A DNA stretch of 62,017 nt, filler included, from Sphacelaria rigidula (taxonomy: Eukaryota), in the NCBI GenBank assembly GCA_964200075.2. It is 6 parts of 6 records of this genome, joined end to end, with 100 filler letters (N's around TTAATTAATTAA, not from the genome) between each part and the next. Parts side by side here need not be neighbours in the genome. Positions count along the whole stretch, not along the records: positions 51,767 to 62,017 come from CAXNAA020006856.1; 5 more parts are not named here. One strand, written 5' to 3'. Under the pieces are notes generated by a model, which had not been told where the DNA came from, made no database searches, and worked only from the letters and a program-made list of their open reading frames with translations. Made by a program: the position numbers and the translations under genes. This document shows, piece after piece, positions 51,767-62,017 of the stretch; position 1 is the first letter of the stretch, and every line of letters starts with the position of its first letter.

Positions 51767-52407
51767 CTGCTCTATTTCATCTCTATGTCCGGGCTGTGTT
51801 GTTGTAGGTTAAATAAAAGGGAGGGTTAGCTGCTCTATTTCATGTCTATATCCGGGCTGTGTTATAGTAGGTGAAATGAAAGGGAGGGTTAGCTGCTCTA
51901 TTCCATGTCTATATCCGGGCTGTGTCAGAGTAGGTTAAAGAAAAAGAAGGGTTAGCTTCTGTATTTCATGTCTATATCCGGGCTGTGTCAGAGTAGGTTA
52001 AAGAAAAAGAAGGGTTAGCTTCTGTATTTCATGTCTATGTCCGGGCTGTGTCATAAAGGTGAAAGAAAAAGGAGGGTCAGCTGCTCTATTTCATGTCTAT
52101 ATCCGAACTATGTTAGAGTAGGTTAGAAAAAAAGGAGAGTTAACTGCTCTAGTTCATGCCTATATCCGAACTGTATTATAGTAGGTTGAAAAAAAAGGAG
52201 GGTTAGCTGCTCTATTTCATGTCTACATCCAAACTGTGTTATAGTAGGTTACATGAAAAAGAGGGCTATCTTCTCTATTTCATGTCCATATCCGGGCTGT
52301 GTTATCGTACGTCAAAGAAAAAGGAGGGTAAGCTTATCTATTTCATGTCCATATCCGGGCTGTGTTATCGTAGGTGAAAGAAAAAGAAGGGTTAGCTTCT
52401 CTATTTA
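51767..52407. repeat. 63-bp tandem repeat (~10 units, cut by contig start)
   Basis: Unit approx GCTGCTCTATTTCATGTCTATATCCGGGCTGTGTTATAGTAGGTTAAAGAAAAAGGAGGGTTA; anchors at 51771, 51834 and 51897. Confidence 0.95.
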
Positions 52408-53700
52408 TTGATGGCCCGAGATGCGATCTACCACTACACGTTCAAGAGGACCGTCAGCGTCTTCAACCGTCATGTGGTACGGTGGGGTTTCGCCGCATAC
52501 CTGGTTAGGAAATAATGACTGAGCTCCATAGGCAATTGCTTGGACATATCACTAGTGTCGTGAGGGGGCAAACACGGCTTGCACCGAAGCATCGACACCC
52601 GGTTTTTGGGTTTGACGCCAGGTTCATCCGTGGGGAAATCCAAATCCAAAAGCTTCTCACCTACTGGTTCATCGTCAGGTGCGGGATCACAGCGCCCAAC
52701 TGCTAAAATCCTCCAAGAACCAGTCCAATTCAAGCAAAGCTTCGACTTCAACGCCTTATCCGACGACGACTTAGCAGAGCTTGCACCTTGGGTTACAGTT
52801 CTCACATCGTTATACACCCATGCCCATTCACCCACTTTCCACACCGGACGGTGGTTCACTGCAGCATCCAACACGCTGTTTGTCTTGGCAACCTTTGTTG
52901 CGTTGATCAAGTTCTGCTCCCGTACCACCTCATATGCAAGACGAAGACGATTACTAACAGACATATGATACTCCACGATATCCCGATCCAAACTCTGATG
53001 ACCACCAGGGGGTTTCCTGTCGAACACCGTCAATGGCAGCCTGGGCATACGACCAATATGAACTTCATTGGGAGCCAAGCCTGTGGCGGCATTGACGGCG
53101 TTGTTGTAGTTCATATGGACAAGGGGTACGTGCAGGTCCCAGTCCGTTTATCGCTCATTGGTCACTGTGGCAAGCATTTGCGCCATCGTGTGATTAACTC
53201 GTTCGGCCCCATCGTTTGTGGACGGATGGTTTGGACTAGTAAAAATATGATGGGCACCCAGGAGATTACTGATCGCGGCAGAACGTTTCCCGGAAAAATG
53301 TTGGCCGTTATCGGATAAGAAACGTTTGGGGACACCCCACTGAGGGATGTATGTGTACACAAGGACGTTGGCAGTCTCCTCTGCACTATAGTTGACCTCC
53401 GAAACAGCATTCATCACAGCATGTCGACTGAACCGATCCGTAAACAACAAAGTGTACTTGTTACCACTATCAGTGAGGGGTAGGGGGCCAAAGTAGTCCC
53501 ATTAAACTATTTCACCAGGCCCATTGGGAAGGGGCATAGAGATTACCGGCCATATAACGGTTTGACGCGAAGTTTTGCGTGCTTGGCAAAGAAGTCACCG
53601 CCGAACCCACCAACGCACACATTGGTCCATACAAATCCACCAAAAAAAACGCTGAAGCATCTGGGAGGTCCTAGCGACGCCCAGATGTGTGGATGCCTAT
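52408..53700 (-). pseudogene. Integrase (DDE core and C-terminal region), truncated at the chromodomain start
   Basis: LFTDRFSRH..WGVPKRFLSDNGQHF..HPSTNDGAERVNHTMAQML; YNNAVNAATGLAP; WKVGEWAWVY..KLCLNWTGSWRI. Confidence 0.92.
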
Positions 53701-55262
53701 GAGTGGCATTCATGGAGAAGCCATGGACGCAGAAGCATCGGAACATAAATACGTACGGGAGCATCACCCAACAAACGGGCGTGACGACATGCAGGTTTCC
53801 CTCCAGGAGGTTTCGTGGGGGGCCGGTGAACCTGAAGAACAACGCCATCATCATCCGTATAAAGCATGCTTTTACGCGATATTTCAGTAACTTTATCCTG
53901 TGCGGGGGCTCGGTGGGGCCCTACTGGCAAAAGGAACTCAGTTTCTGGAAAGGGAGAGGGGCATCCTTTGGATAGATAATGTATAGCTGCTCTACAAGCA
54001 GGTTCAGCGTGCTGTTCCCGGGCCCAATCGGCGTGAGAAAAGAGGGTCAGGTCCTTGAACACACTGTCGGAGGTGTTGTCCAAAACGCAGGGGATCGAAT
54101 CGCTGTGGGATGGACACGAGGCGATATTTGGATCAAGGTCAGAAGGGGTGGTCAGTGTATTCTCAAACGGAACGTTCATCTCTATTCCTACGTTGTGGCG
54201 GGTGTCGGATGGTGTGGTACCGGAGGTGGTACCATCACGGGGTGGAGGAGGCACACTCGAGGTCTCGACTATGGTGGGCAGAGGTGGTTTGGAAGGTGTC
54301 GAGTTTCTGGGGGCTTTGCGCCGTGGAGGTAGCGGGGGCGCAAGGAGGCTATTGGGGACTGGAATGGGGTTGGGGATTGGGTGGTCTGGGCCGGCTGCTG
54401 CCCGGGCGGCAGCCTTTTCCGCGGCCCGGCGTCCTCGGGTCCGGCTCGAGATGAGGTCTCGGACTTGAACCGGGAGGACGCAGTCAGTAGAAACCGGCTC
54501 TACAGTGCAAACCATCCGATGACCAGACGCACGAAATTGATCATACCCGCCGATAGTTGCACGAATTTCACTCCTAACTGAACACAACGATCGTGGGGTC
54601 AAACTGCCCAATACAGAAGCGTGAGCCGAAGGCGTCAGCTTATTTTCAACAAATGCCGAGTTGTGGTTCAGTGAGAGTGGAGTATAGAGTCCGCGATGAC
54701 CATTTGTGCTTATGAAATATACAATGTCTTCGGTGGGGTCTGTGATGCGACCCAAGGCTGAGTTGTCGATGGGTTGGGCTGGTATGGGCAAGCGTGACAG
54801 GAAGTCGGCGTTTGCGTTTTGGGGACCAGTGCGGTACTTCAACATGAAGCTGTAGGAAGACAGGATTTCAAACCAGCGTTGAACCCGGGCGTTGTGTTCC
54901 GCCATTTTGGCGAAGTTTTCCAAAGACTTATGATCTGTATAAATCACAAACGGGAGGTCATACAAATATTGCCGGAGCCGGCGCACTCCCCAAACAATTG
55001 CACCTGCTTCTTGTTCCATAACCGATCAGTTCTGTTCGTTTGGGTAGGTGGTTCGGCTCAGATATACGATGGGGCGAACACTAGCATCGTCTTGTTCCTG
55101 TTCCAGTGTGTAGCCAAACCCAATTTTCAAAGAATCCGTGTGCAGTCGGAACGGACAGGAGCCATTTTCAGCAGCTGACCACTGTGGAAAAACCAGCATT
55201 GGTGGCTTTGACAATGTGTCGAGCTGCTCTCGTACAGTTTTTTCCATTGCCAACGTGAACAC
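53697..55262 (-). pseudogene. RNase H, Pro-rich linker and integrase N-terminus
   Basis: FRLHTDSLKIGFG..IVYLSR; EQEAGAIVWGV..YTDHKSL..NANADFLSRLP; IYVPMLLRPWLLHECH. Confidence 0.92.
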
Positions 55263-55328
55263 AAATTTTACCCCCTTCTTGAGGAGGGCGGTGAGGGGGT
55301 TTAGAGCTTGGGCTAAATTTGGCAGATA

Positions 55329-56222
55329 TTAACGGTAGTAACTCAAACCACCGAGTAAAAAGCGCAGTTGAGAGACATCGCGTGGCATGGGCATCTCTCT
55401 AAGTGCGGAAACTTTGTCGAGGTTGGGGCTACGATCTTCAGGGCTAATACAATAGCCTAGGAACTCGATGCGCGTGGCTCCAATGCTGGATCTAGCTGGG
55501 GCGAGCTTCAAATTGTGTTGTTCAAAACGAGCAAAAAAGGACGCCAAATGTTCGACGTGCTCAGCAGGTGTACTGCCGTGAACCACCGCATCGTCGAGGT
55601 ACATGCGGAATTTGGACAGTCCATCAATGATGCGAAACATCACACGTTGAAACGCTCCTGGGGCGCCGGCGGCACCTTGTGGAGTGACCAGCCACTCATA
55701 TAGACCTGACGGGGTGCAAAACGCCGTCAGCTCGATAATCGAGTGCGGATCCATCACCAGTTGGTGGTAACCGGACTGCATGTCGATTTTCGAAAAAGCT
55801 TTGCCCCCGCCAAGGGAGTCGATGATTTCATCTATCCGGGGAAGAGGTAGACGCGCGATTTTGTTGACTGCGTTCAATCGTTGATAACTGACGGTCAGTC
55901 GGATCTTACCATTCTTCTTCCGGACGACTACCAAAGGCGAGGCCCACGGAGACGTTGAGCGCCGTATTAACCCGGCGGACAAGTATTCGTCAAGAATTAC
56001 TTGAATTTTTCCCGCTTGAAGAGGGTTTGTACGGTACGGATGCATAGCGATAGGTGTTGTACCAACAGGAATGTTGATTTTGAACGGTATAGTATTGCAG
56101 CGGCCTAAATCTGTTGACGATTTGGAAAAGCGTTCAGAGTATCGTATCAAGATGGAGCGCAACCGATCGATCACCGTGGGTGTCCAACCCTCACCAGATA
56201 AATCAAACGCAATGTGTCTCAA
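55329..56222 (-). pseudogene. Reverse transcriptase (gypsy type)
   Basis: SPWASPLVVVRKKNGKIRL; LPRIDEI; KIDMQSGYHQ; PQGAAGAPGAFQR; YLDD; flanked by in-frame stops. Confidence 0.95.
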
Positions 56223-56243
56223 ATGGGGGGGAATTTCATCCCA

Positions 56244-58637
56244 TTATCGTTGAAAACTAACACGTTGCTCTGGCGAGAATGTATCTAGTAAGGCAGTCGG
56301 AGGGTTTGTGTCAGGCGTATCAGTCGATTCGTCTACAACCATGGGGTCAGTCTTGTCGAACGAAGTGGAACCGTTTGTCTCTGAGCTGTATGATGATGTT
56401 TGCGGTGGCACCTTCAGACATACATTCGACAAGGCTGCCCGTAGGAGGGGAGCTTGAGCAAAATCCAACAACTGACCAGGAAGGACATCGAGACATGCAG
56501 AGGACGTGATGGGAATGGATTGCCGACCCTCATGGACAAATACATCGGTCTTATCAAAGGAGGGAATACTGTATGGGGTTTGGTTGGGATTAGTTAAGTC
56601 GACCAAGTACTGTCCAGTAAGGGCAGGGGATCCGTTCCGTCTCACAAGATTCACATGGATGTTTTGAAGTTCACAGGACAGAGAGACGACGTGGTCTCCA
56701 ACAAAATACAGTCGAAGAGCATCACTTGTTTGTGTTGGGTCATCGACATAGGCCGGAGCCCCTGGATCAGCGTCGTGATGTCCCAATTTCAATCTGCCTG
56801 TCAGTGGTCGGTTCAAAACAGGTGCGTTTGTCGTGTATGTATGTGTGGAAAAACGTAGCCAGCTATCACGTCCCAAGAGAACATCAACCGACATGGAACC
56901 ATCGGGCACAATGAGTGCCCACACAGCTAATCGTGCAGTGGGACCCGCGTCATCGAAGAATCGCACACTGAGTCGTACTGATTGATCAACCGTAAGGGGA
57001 GTGGAGGCACCAAACCCGCCAAAAACACGAGGCCGAACAGTAGAAAGGCAATGTTTATCTGCTGCTCCAGCGTTCATCATGTGTTGCCAGCAGCTGGCTG
57101 TGATGAAATTTTGTGGCGAGCCAGTGTCGGGTATGGCAACGGCCATCAAAGGGCGTGTTGCATGCACTCCACTATGTATACCTATTCGGGTTGTGAAGGA
57201 GGCGTCGTCCATGAGTGCAGTTCCACTGACCAAGTCCGGTCCAAAGTCCGACAATTGATCTGCAGCCACATCGCTCTTGTGTTGTTGGGCACTGGTACTA
57301 AAATACTTTCGAGATTGATCCTCAGGAACGAATGTGTTCTCCGAAGGGCCGTCGTGGCACGGGGGGTTTTGCAGGGCGTGTGGTGCAGTAGACGAAAGGT
57401 GGATTTCGTACACAGTCAGGGGTGGACGACGCCTAGGAGAGGAAGCGGATGTGGATGTTTGCAATAATTGTTTGGAGCTATTAGGAACAGGGGAGAAACA
57501 GTCCTGATTGGACTGCAATTTTGACGGCACAGCCGGGGTTTGTCCGGCACCATGAAACAAACATGCAGGGCGTAACGGTTTTGCTATCCCAACAGTTGTC
57601 AACGCTACTTTATTCTTCGACATAGATTCCGAGGGGTCGGCAGGAAGCGGTGCTGATCTGTTCGGGATCTTGGAAACACCGACCTGTTCTACGACAAGGC
57701 CTTCATCCGCTGTGCCCTGCACCCGGGCACCTTCTTGGTGGGCGGATGCAACGGCAACTACAGGTTTATTTACAGTGTCATCCGGAAGAGCCTTCTCCTG
57801 GTGTCGCGTATAGCGCACCCTAGAGCCGGCTGTTCCAGGGGCTTTCGGGAAGTTGGCAAGGTCAGTCCGTTCGTGGCTACACGCGTGGCGCTTGGTCGGC
57901 ACTGTCGCTTGGGGTTCCTTCCCAACCCGCTGAGCTACGGAAAGCAAGGGTTCGACACTGGCGCGCGTAGTGCACGAAAGATTACGCTCACCAATTAAAA
58001 GGGGACCGGGCACATGCGGAATTTCGCACGCATGTGTTACCGGGTTCGACTGGACTCCTGAGTCCTTCTCGGGGCTGGGGAATCTCTGTAAACGTTCCAT
58101 CCTACGATGAACGGTCGTAGGGGTGACAGCTACCGTATCAGAAGATGTTCCTGCTTCTAAGGAGGTAGGCGCTACGCTACACGACCGCCGATTCCGCGGG
58201 GCGATCGGATCCAACTGGCATTGATTAATACCACTCGGAAATACAACTGGGCGATCAGATCCAGTATGAAAACACTGGGGTTGGTCATTGAGCATTTGGG
58301 AGTCATGCAATGTTGCACGGGACTGTGCTGTCATGGAACCCGTCATGACAGAACGGTCAACGGTAGCGTACCCACACCACAAGCGAGAACCCAGGCTGGC
58401 CGACGAGGATTTTGTTAAGTGGTGGTGGTGCGCTGACTGAGTGAAAGAAAATTTATTGCCGCGGTTTGTTGTTGAAGGTTGTTGGGGCCCGACTGTGGAT
58501 CTGTGGTCGACAATGGGGTTTGAAGTAGAAGTGTTATCAAAATGTAAAGAAGGTGACGGCGAAGTGTTACAAGCGGTCACACACGTAAAGGTACCCCGTC
58601 GGTGATTTGGAAACGCGGGGTGTTGTGCGTTTCTCAA
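56244..58637 (-). CDS. 797-aa ORF: long low-complexity region, aspartic protease and post-protease domain
   Basis: IPDTGSPQNFI ... VDVLLGRDSW retropepsin motifs; same frame as the RT. Confidence 0.8.
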   Translation of the reverse strand: MRNAQHPAFPNHRRGTFTCVTACNTSPSPSLHFDNTSTSNPIVDHRSTVGPQQPSTTNRGNKFSFTQSAHHHHLTKSSSASLGSRLWCGYATVDRSVMTGSMTAQSRATLHDSQMLNDQPQCFHTGSDRPVVFPSGINQCQLDPIAPRNRRSCSVAPTSLEAGTSSDTVAVTPTTVHRRMERLQRFPSPEKDSGVQSNPVTHACEIPHVPGPLLIGERNLSCTTRASVEPLLSVAQRVGKEPQATVPTKRHACSHERTDLANFPKAPGTAGSRVRYTRHQEKALPDDTVNKPVVAVASAHQEGARVQGTADEGLVVEQVGVSKIPNRSAPLPADPSESMSKNKVALTTVGIAKPLRPACLFHGAGQTPAVPSKLQSNQDCFSPVPNSSKQLLQTSTSASSPRRRPPLTVYEIHLSSTAPHALQNPPCHDGPSENTFVPEDQSRKYFSTSAQQHKSDVAADQLSDFGPDLVSGTALMDDASFTTRIGIHSGVHATRPLMAVAIPDTGSPQNFITASCWQHMMNAGAADKHCLSTVRPRVFGGFGASTPLTVDQSVRLSVRFFDDAGPTARLAVWALIVPDGSMSVDVLLGRDSWLRFSTHTYTTNAPVLNRPLTGRLKLGHHDADPGAPAYVDDPTQTSDALRLYFVGDHVVSLSCELQNIHVNLVRRNGSPALTGQYLVDLTNPNQTPYSIPSFDKTDVFVHEGRQSIPITSSACLDVLPGQLLDFAQAPLLRAALSNVCLKVPPQTSSYSSETNGSTSFDKTDPMVVDESTDTPDTNPPTALLDTFSPEQRVSFQR

Positions 58638-58643
58638 ACACCG

Positions 58644-60206
58644 TCAGGTGGTACGTTCAGCATCGGTAGAGTCGTGGGTCCCATTCTGGCGGGCTGTATT
58701 CGGGGCAGAAGATGTGTTTGTGGGGGGGCTAGGAGTACTTGGGTGTCGAGTCTGGTTTGGCGGGTGAAAAGCGCTAGAATGGGCGGGGGGTACGTGAGAG
58801 GGGGCCGCGTTAGAGGGCTGAGCGTGATAATAGAAATGTTGGTATTGAGGGGGGGCGCGAGTGTCACCATTATAGTGGCAATTGCCGCGCCTCGGGCCTT
58901 GGTATGAATTGCGGGCGCTGCTGGGTTGAGGGCGACGGTAAGACCGCATACGTGCTTCCCAAGTTGGCCAAAAGTGCGTACACTGGGGCTCGGAGAACAT
59001 GGGGTTGAGTATGCCAAATGCGTTTGTGAACGGGGCTTCGAATTGGCGCATCGAGTGCGTTGGAACTTGACCATCTGCGGAGTACCCCGTTTGAGGATTG
59101 AACCAAGTGCCACACTTCAGGCAGTGATCGTTGCAGCGGCGAATTACATCCGATCGAAGGTTAGGGTCTCCGTTACTGGCCCAGAGGGGGGGGTCTGTTG
59201 TGTTCATCGAAGTGCTTACCTGAAACACTTCCGGCCGAATTTCCGTCGCGAAGGGCCAGCTTGGGAAACGACTGTTGAATGCGTCTGGGGGGTGTGCGAA
59301 CATGACCTCCCCAGTAGAGGCCATAGACGCAGGAATCCATGGGCGTTGGTTTGTTTTAGAAGGTGGTGGTTGGGAGTGAGACACAGGGGTGGCGGCAACC
59401 GGGTGAGGCAAAAGGGTGGCGGAAGCATTGTGGCTGTGGCGTACAGAGGGGCCGTTGTGAATTGCGGAGGAGCCACTCTGTTTTGCATCCGTCACATCTA
59501 ATGCCAGAGTGCGGTTGGACCGGAGTTCATCTAAATTCGTGCATATAGCGTCCAACGTTGGAAACGGGACCGGTGAAGTAGCTGCGGTACCGACAAAGAC
59601 GCTTGGCATGAGGCTAGGGTGTTGGCGTCCCATATCGGAACGGAAAAGACTCATCACTATTACTTGTGATGGGACAGGTTCGCTGCCACCGTTTACCGTA
59701 ACCGAAATTAAAGTACGAAATTCCTTGAGGTAGTGGTCAAAAGGGGTGTCGACAGGTACCTTAAACGATAGTAGGCGTTCGAGTGACTCGCCTTCGAGGG
59801 TGGTGTCCAGGGATGAACTGATGAGTATGAGGAGGAGGGTGAAAGCGGGGTAACCGCCATTACCGAGGGTGAGGAAGCGTGCGGCTTGTGCGAAGTGGTG
59901 GTCAAGCATATTGGACAATTTAGATGCCTCGGGAGAACTGAAATCGATGGCATCCTCCAAAGCCTTTTGTAAAGGTCGAAGCCAGCCATCTACCCAATCA
60001 CTGGTCTCAAGATCGACGAATGTATCGTCGCAGTGTGAGAGGATATCAGTAACTACAGTAGTGAGGGACTGTCGTAACTGGCTGCAGGAAAGGCTTATAT
60101 CAGATCCCGCAGGAAAGGGTAGTGAAGGCTTGACTTTGCCTACAAATTTCGGGTCCAAGTTCTTGTACTGGTGGCGTACAGCCTGAATGTGTGCCTGTTG
60201 GTCCAT
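58644..60206 (-). CDS. gag-like ORF (520 aa)
   Basis: Upstream of the PR ORF; helical core-like region (FDHYLKEFRTLIS) and a knuckle-like CLKCG...HSMRQ segment; assignment rests mainly on position. Confidence 0.6.
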   Translation of the reverse strand: MDQQAHIQAVRHQYKNLDPKFVGKVKPSLPFPAGSDISLSCSQLRQSLTTVVTDILSHCDDTFVDLETSDWVDGWLRPLQKALEDAIDFSSPEASKLSNMLDHHFAQAARFLTLGNGGYPAFTLLLILISSSLDTTLEGESLERLLSFKVPVDTPFDHYLKEFRTLISVTVNGGSEPVPSQVIVMSLFRSDMGRQHPSLMPSVFVGTAATSPVPFPTLDAICTNLDELRSNRTLALDVTDAKQSGSSAIHNGPSVRHSHNASATLLPHPVAATPVSHSQPPPSKTNQRPWIPASMASTGEVMFAHPPDAFNSRFPSWPFATEIRPEVFQVSTSMNTTDPPLWASNGDPNLRSDVIRRCNDHCLKCGTWFNPQTGYSADGQVPTHSMRQFEAPFTNAFGILNPMFSEPQCTHFWPTWEARMRSYRRPQPSSARNSYQGPRRGNCHYNGDTRAPPQYQHFYYHAQPSNAAPSHVPPAHSSAFHPPNQTRHPSTPSPPTNTSSAPNTARQNGTHDSTDAERTT

Positions 60207-60296
60207 GGAAGAGGGGGAAGGGTCACTGGATTGAGGGGTGGGAGCCGAAGGGGCAAATTTTACGCGGCGGGTAGCATGTTTGGTGTCTTCCTTCGC

Positions 60297-61904
60297 TTAC
60301 TTGACTTTGATCTGAGAGTGACGCTGTTTGGCGACAGTGGATGATAGCGGAAGGAAATCGCTCAAAGTGGGGGGCGTCGGGCGTGAAGCGGCCGCACTCG
60401 TGTCATTATGAGACCCGTCAGTGCTGTCCGACTCACTATCGAATGAAGGGCGACGATGACGGCGAGATCGTGACTGCTGTGAAATGTGAGATTTACCACC
60501 ATCCTTGAGACGGTTTTTCCCTTTCCCTTGAACAGTCCAACTGCCGCCATTGTCCGTTGAATTGTGCCCCACTTGACCTATCCGAAGGTGACTAGTGGTA
60601 GTAGGGTATGAACGGTCCGTACCATCAGCAGGGCCGTGTACTGTCATGCGTACCTGCTCAATTTCCGTGAATAGCCCGATGAGGGGCCCGACGCACTCAA
60701 GCCGTAGCGCGAGGCTAATTTCGGAACGAGGGTTGGAACGCATGCATTGAACGACGCCTGCTAACGTTGCGGTCTCGGTGTGTTTCGGAAAATAATTGAG
60801 GATCTTGAGCGAACTGTCCGTGACGGGAACAGTAAGGCGCTGTCCCTGACACGCGTAGGTAAGAAAGAAGGGTGTCAGGGTCGTGGACAAAATCGTAGAG
60901 GGGAACAGCTGCCAAATTTTCTACACCAGAAAGATCAAGACCGTCGGAACGAGTAGCCTTAGGAACCAGCGTTGGGTGCGTGGGTTTAGTGGAGAGTGAT
61001 TTGTCCGCTGTGGAGGCAAATGTTGGGGGCGTTTTGCCGCGGTGAACTTGGGGGGGCACACCAAACGTGGTTGAAACGCCGGGTGCGATCGTCTCAGGTG
61101 GCATGGGAGGTAGTCCCGTGGCCAGAGGGGCGATATTCGAAGTGGCATTGGAAAGTGCAGGTGAGCCAGTGGATGAGTGATCAGAATCGGATTCAATGTC
61201 GATGGGATCGCGGGTGAGCAGACGTAACTGTTTCATCTGCTCGTCCAGTGAAGATTGAGTGACGAAAATGCGATAGGTGGATTGTTCCGGCGTCGCATTG
61301 TGTTGTTGTAAAGCTTGTTCACATTGGGCTTTAGCCACCTGCAAAGTCTTGGCGGTTTGCCGGAGGAGGCGGGCTTCTTTGTTCTGCCCCTCCGCCAAGG
61401 CTTTTCGTTTGGCTTCGACCTCACGACGGACGTGCTGGATCTCTTGAGCGTGTTCGAAAGCTTCACGGTTCTTACGTTCTACTTGCGCTTGTACGGTCTG
61501 GGCCAACAAGTCGTCCCAGTACGCGGCTTTTTCCTCGCGGGAAAATTTGTCCCACGCATGGGCTGGAATAGCAGCGGGACGGCTATGTTTGAACTGGGTC
61601 TTAGCTTTGTCGCGTGCTTTCTTGGGTAGGCGCGTAGACGGGTTTTTCCCGACTCGCGCCCACTCGTCGAGGCTACGACGTCAGAAGCGTAGGGCTCAGC
61701 AGGGGAATGACCACGAACCGAATGGTCACCACTAGCGGTAGAGTCGACGTGCTTAGTGTCACTGGTGAGAGTTTGAGCGGTGGCGGCATACAGTGGGAGA
61801 TCAAGTCCCGGCTGTACGTCAGGCACCATAGAGAGGGGAACTCCTCCCGACTGAGATTGGGCATCATCATCATCCTCTACACTTTCAATATCTGGATCAT
61901 TCAA
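60297..61904 (-). pseudogene. Extra 5' ORF series of unknown function (frameshifted; coiled-coil segment)
   Basis: Three overlapping same-strand ORFs (61479-61904, 60715-61509, 60297-60890) directly upstream of the gag-like ORF; heptad-like EHAQEIQHVRREVEAKRKALAEGQNKEARLL. Confidence 0.5.
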
Positions 61905-62017
61905 AACTGTGTCCGACGCAAGCAGTGGTTCACCGGATTCGGAAGAGGATGTAACAACAAATTGTGAGAATTGAGGTTTAACTTCGAGATGAGGCTCAAG
62001 CCTAAAACAGTGCTTTC

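Larger units (their letters stand above)
52408..62017 (-). mobile_element. Large Ty3/gypsy retrotransposon (>9.6 kb, no LTR visible), disrupted
   Basis: Continuous minus-strand ORF series: 5' ORFs, gag-like, PR, RT, RH, INT, start of the chromodomain. Confidence 0.92.

Noticed and set aside
51767..52407. Coding 21-aa repeat (TLPFISPTITQPGYRHEIEQL on the minus strand)
   Set aside because: Several units carry an in-frame TAA, and there is no start codon or long ORF.
52408..62017. DIRS/tyrosine-recombinase element or endogenous virus
   Set aside because: It has an aspartic protease and a DDE integrase in gypsy order, with no tyrosine recombinase or viral hallmark genes.

Overview
Repeat-rich eukaryotic DNA, inferred to be from a brown alga or related stramenopile (short exons in kb-scale introns, tRNA-derived SINEs, many MITEs). 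It is not one locus: five identical 100-bp linkers (44 N + TTAATTAATTAA + 44 N) join six contigs of 10255, 10254, 10253, 10252, 10252 and 10251 bp, which looks like a size-sorted concatenation, so nothing is linked across a linker. Host genes: one internal C-terminal MSH2 exon and six phase-compatible exons of an ABCG-type transporter. Mobile DNA: one complete but decayed chromodomain-bearing Ty3/gypsy element with both LTRs and a 4-bp TSD; a Ty1/copia gag-PR-INT fragment; two copies of a large Ty3/gypsy lineage (one shows extra 5' ORFs, the other a domain after the chromodomain); a gag/LTR remnant; SINEs; several MITE or foldback families; a 2.3-kb CAC...GTG TIR element with two arrays of a palindromic 42-bp repeat; and 63-bp and ~82-bp tandem repeats. 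I found no CRISPR, rRNA or genuine tRNA gene. The best novelty candidates are the unusual architecture of the large gypsy lineage and the palindromic-array TIR element.
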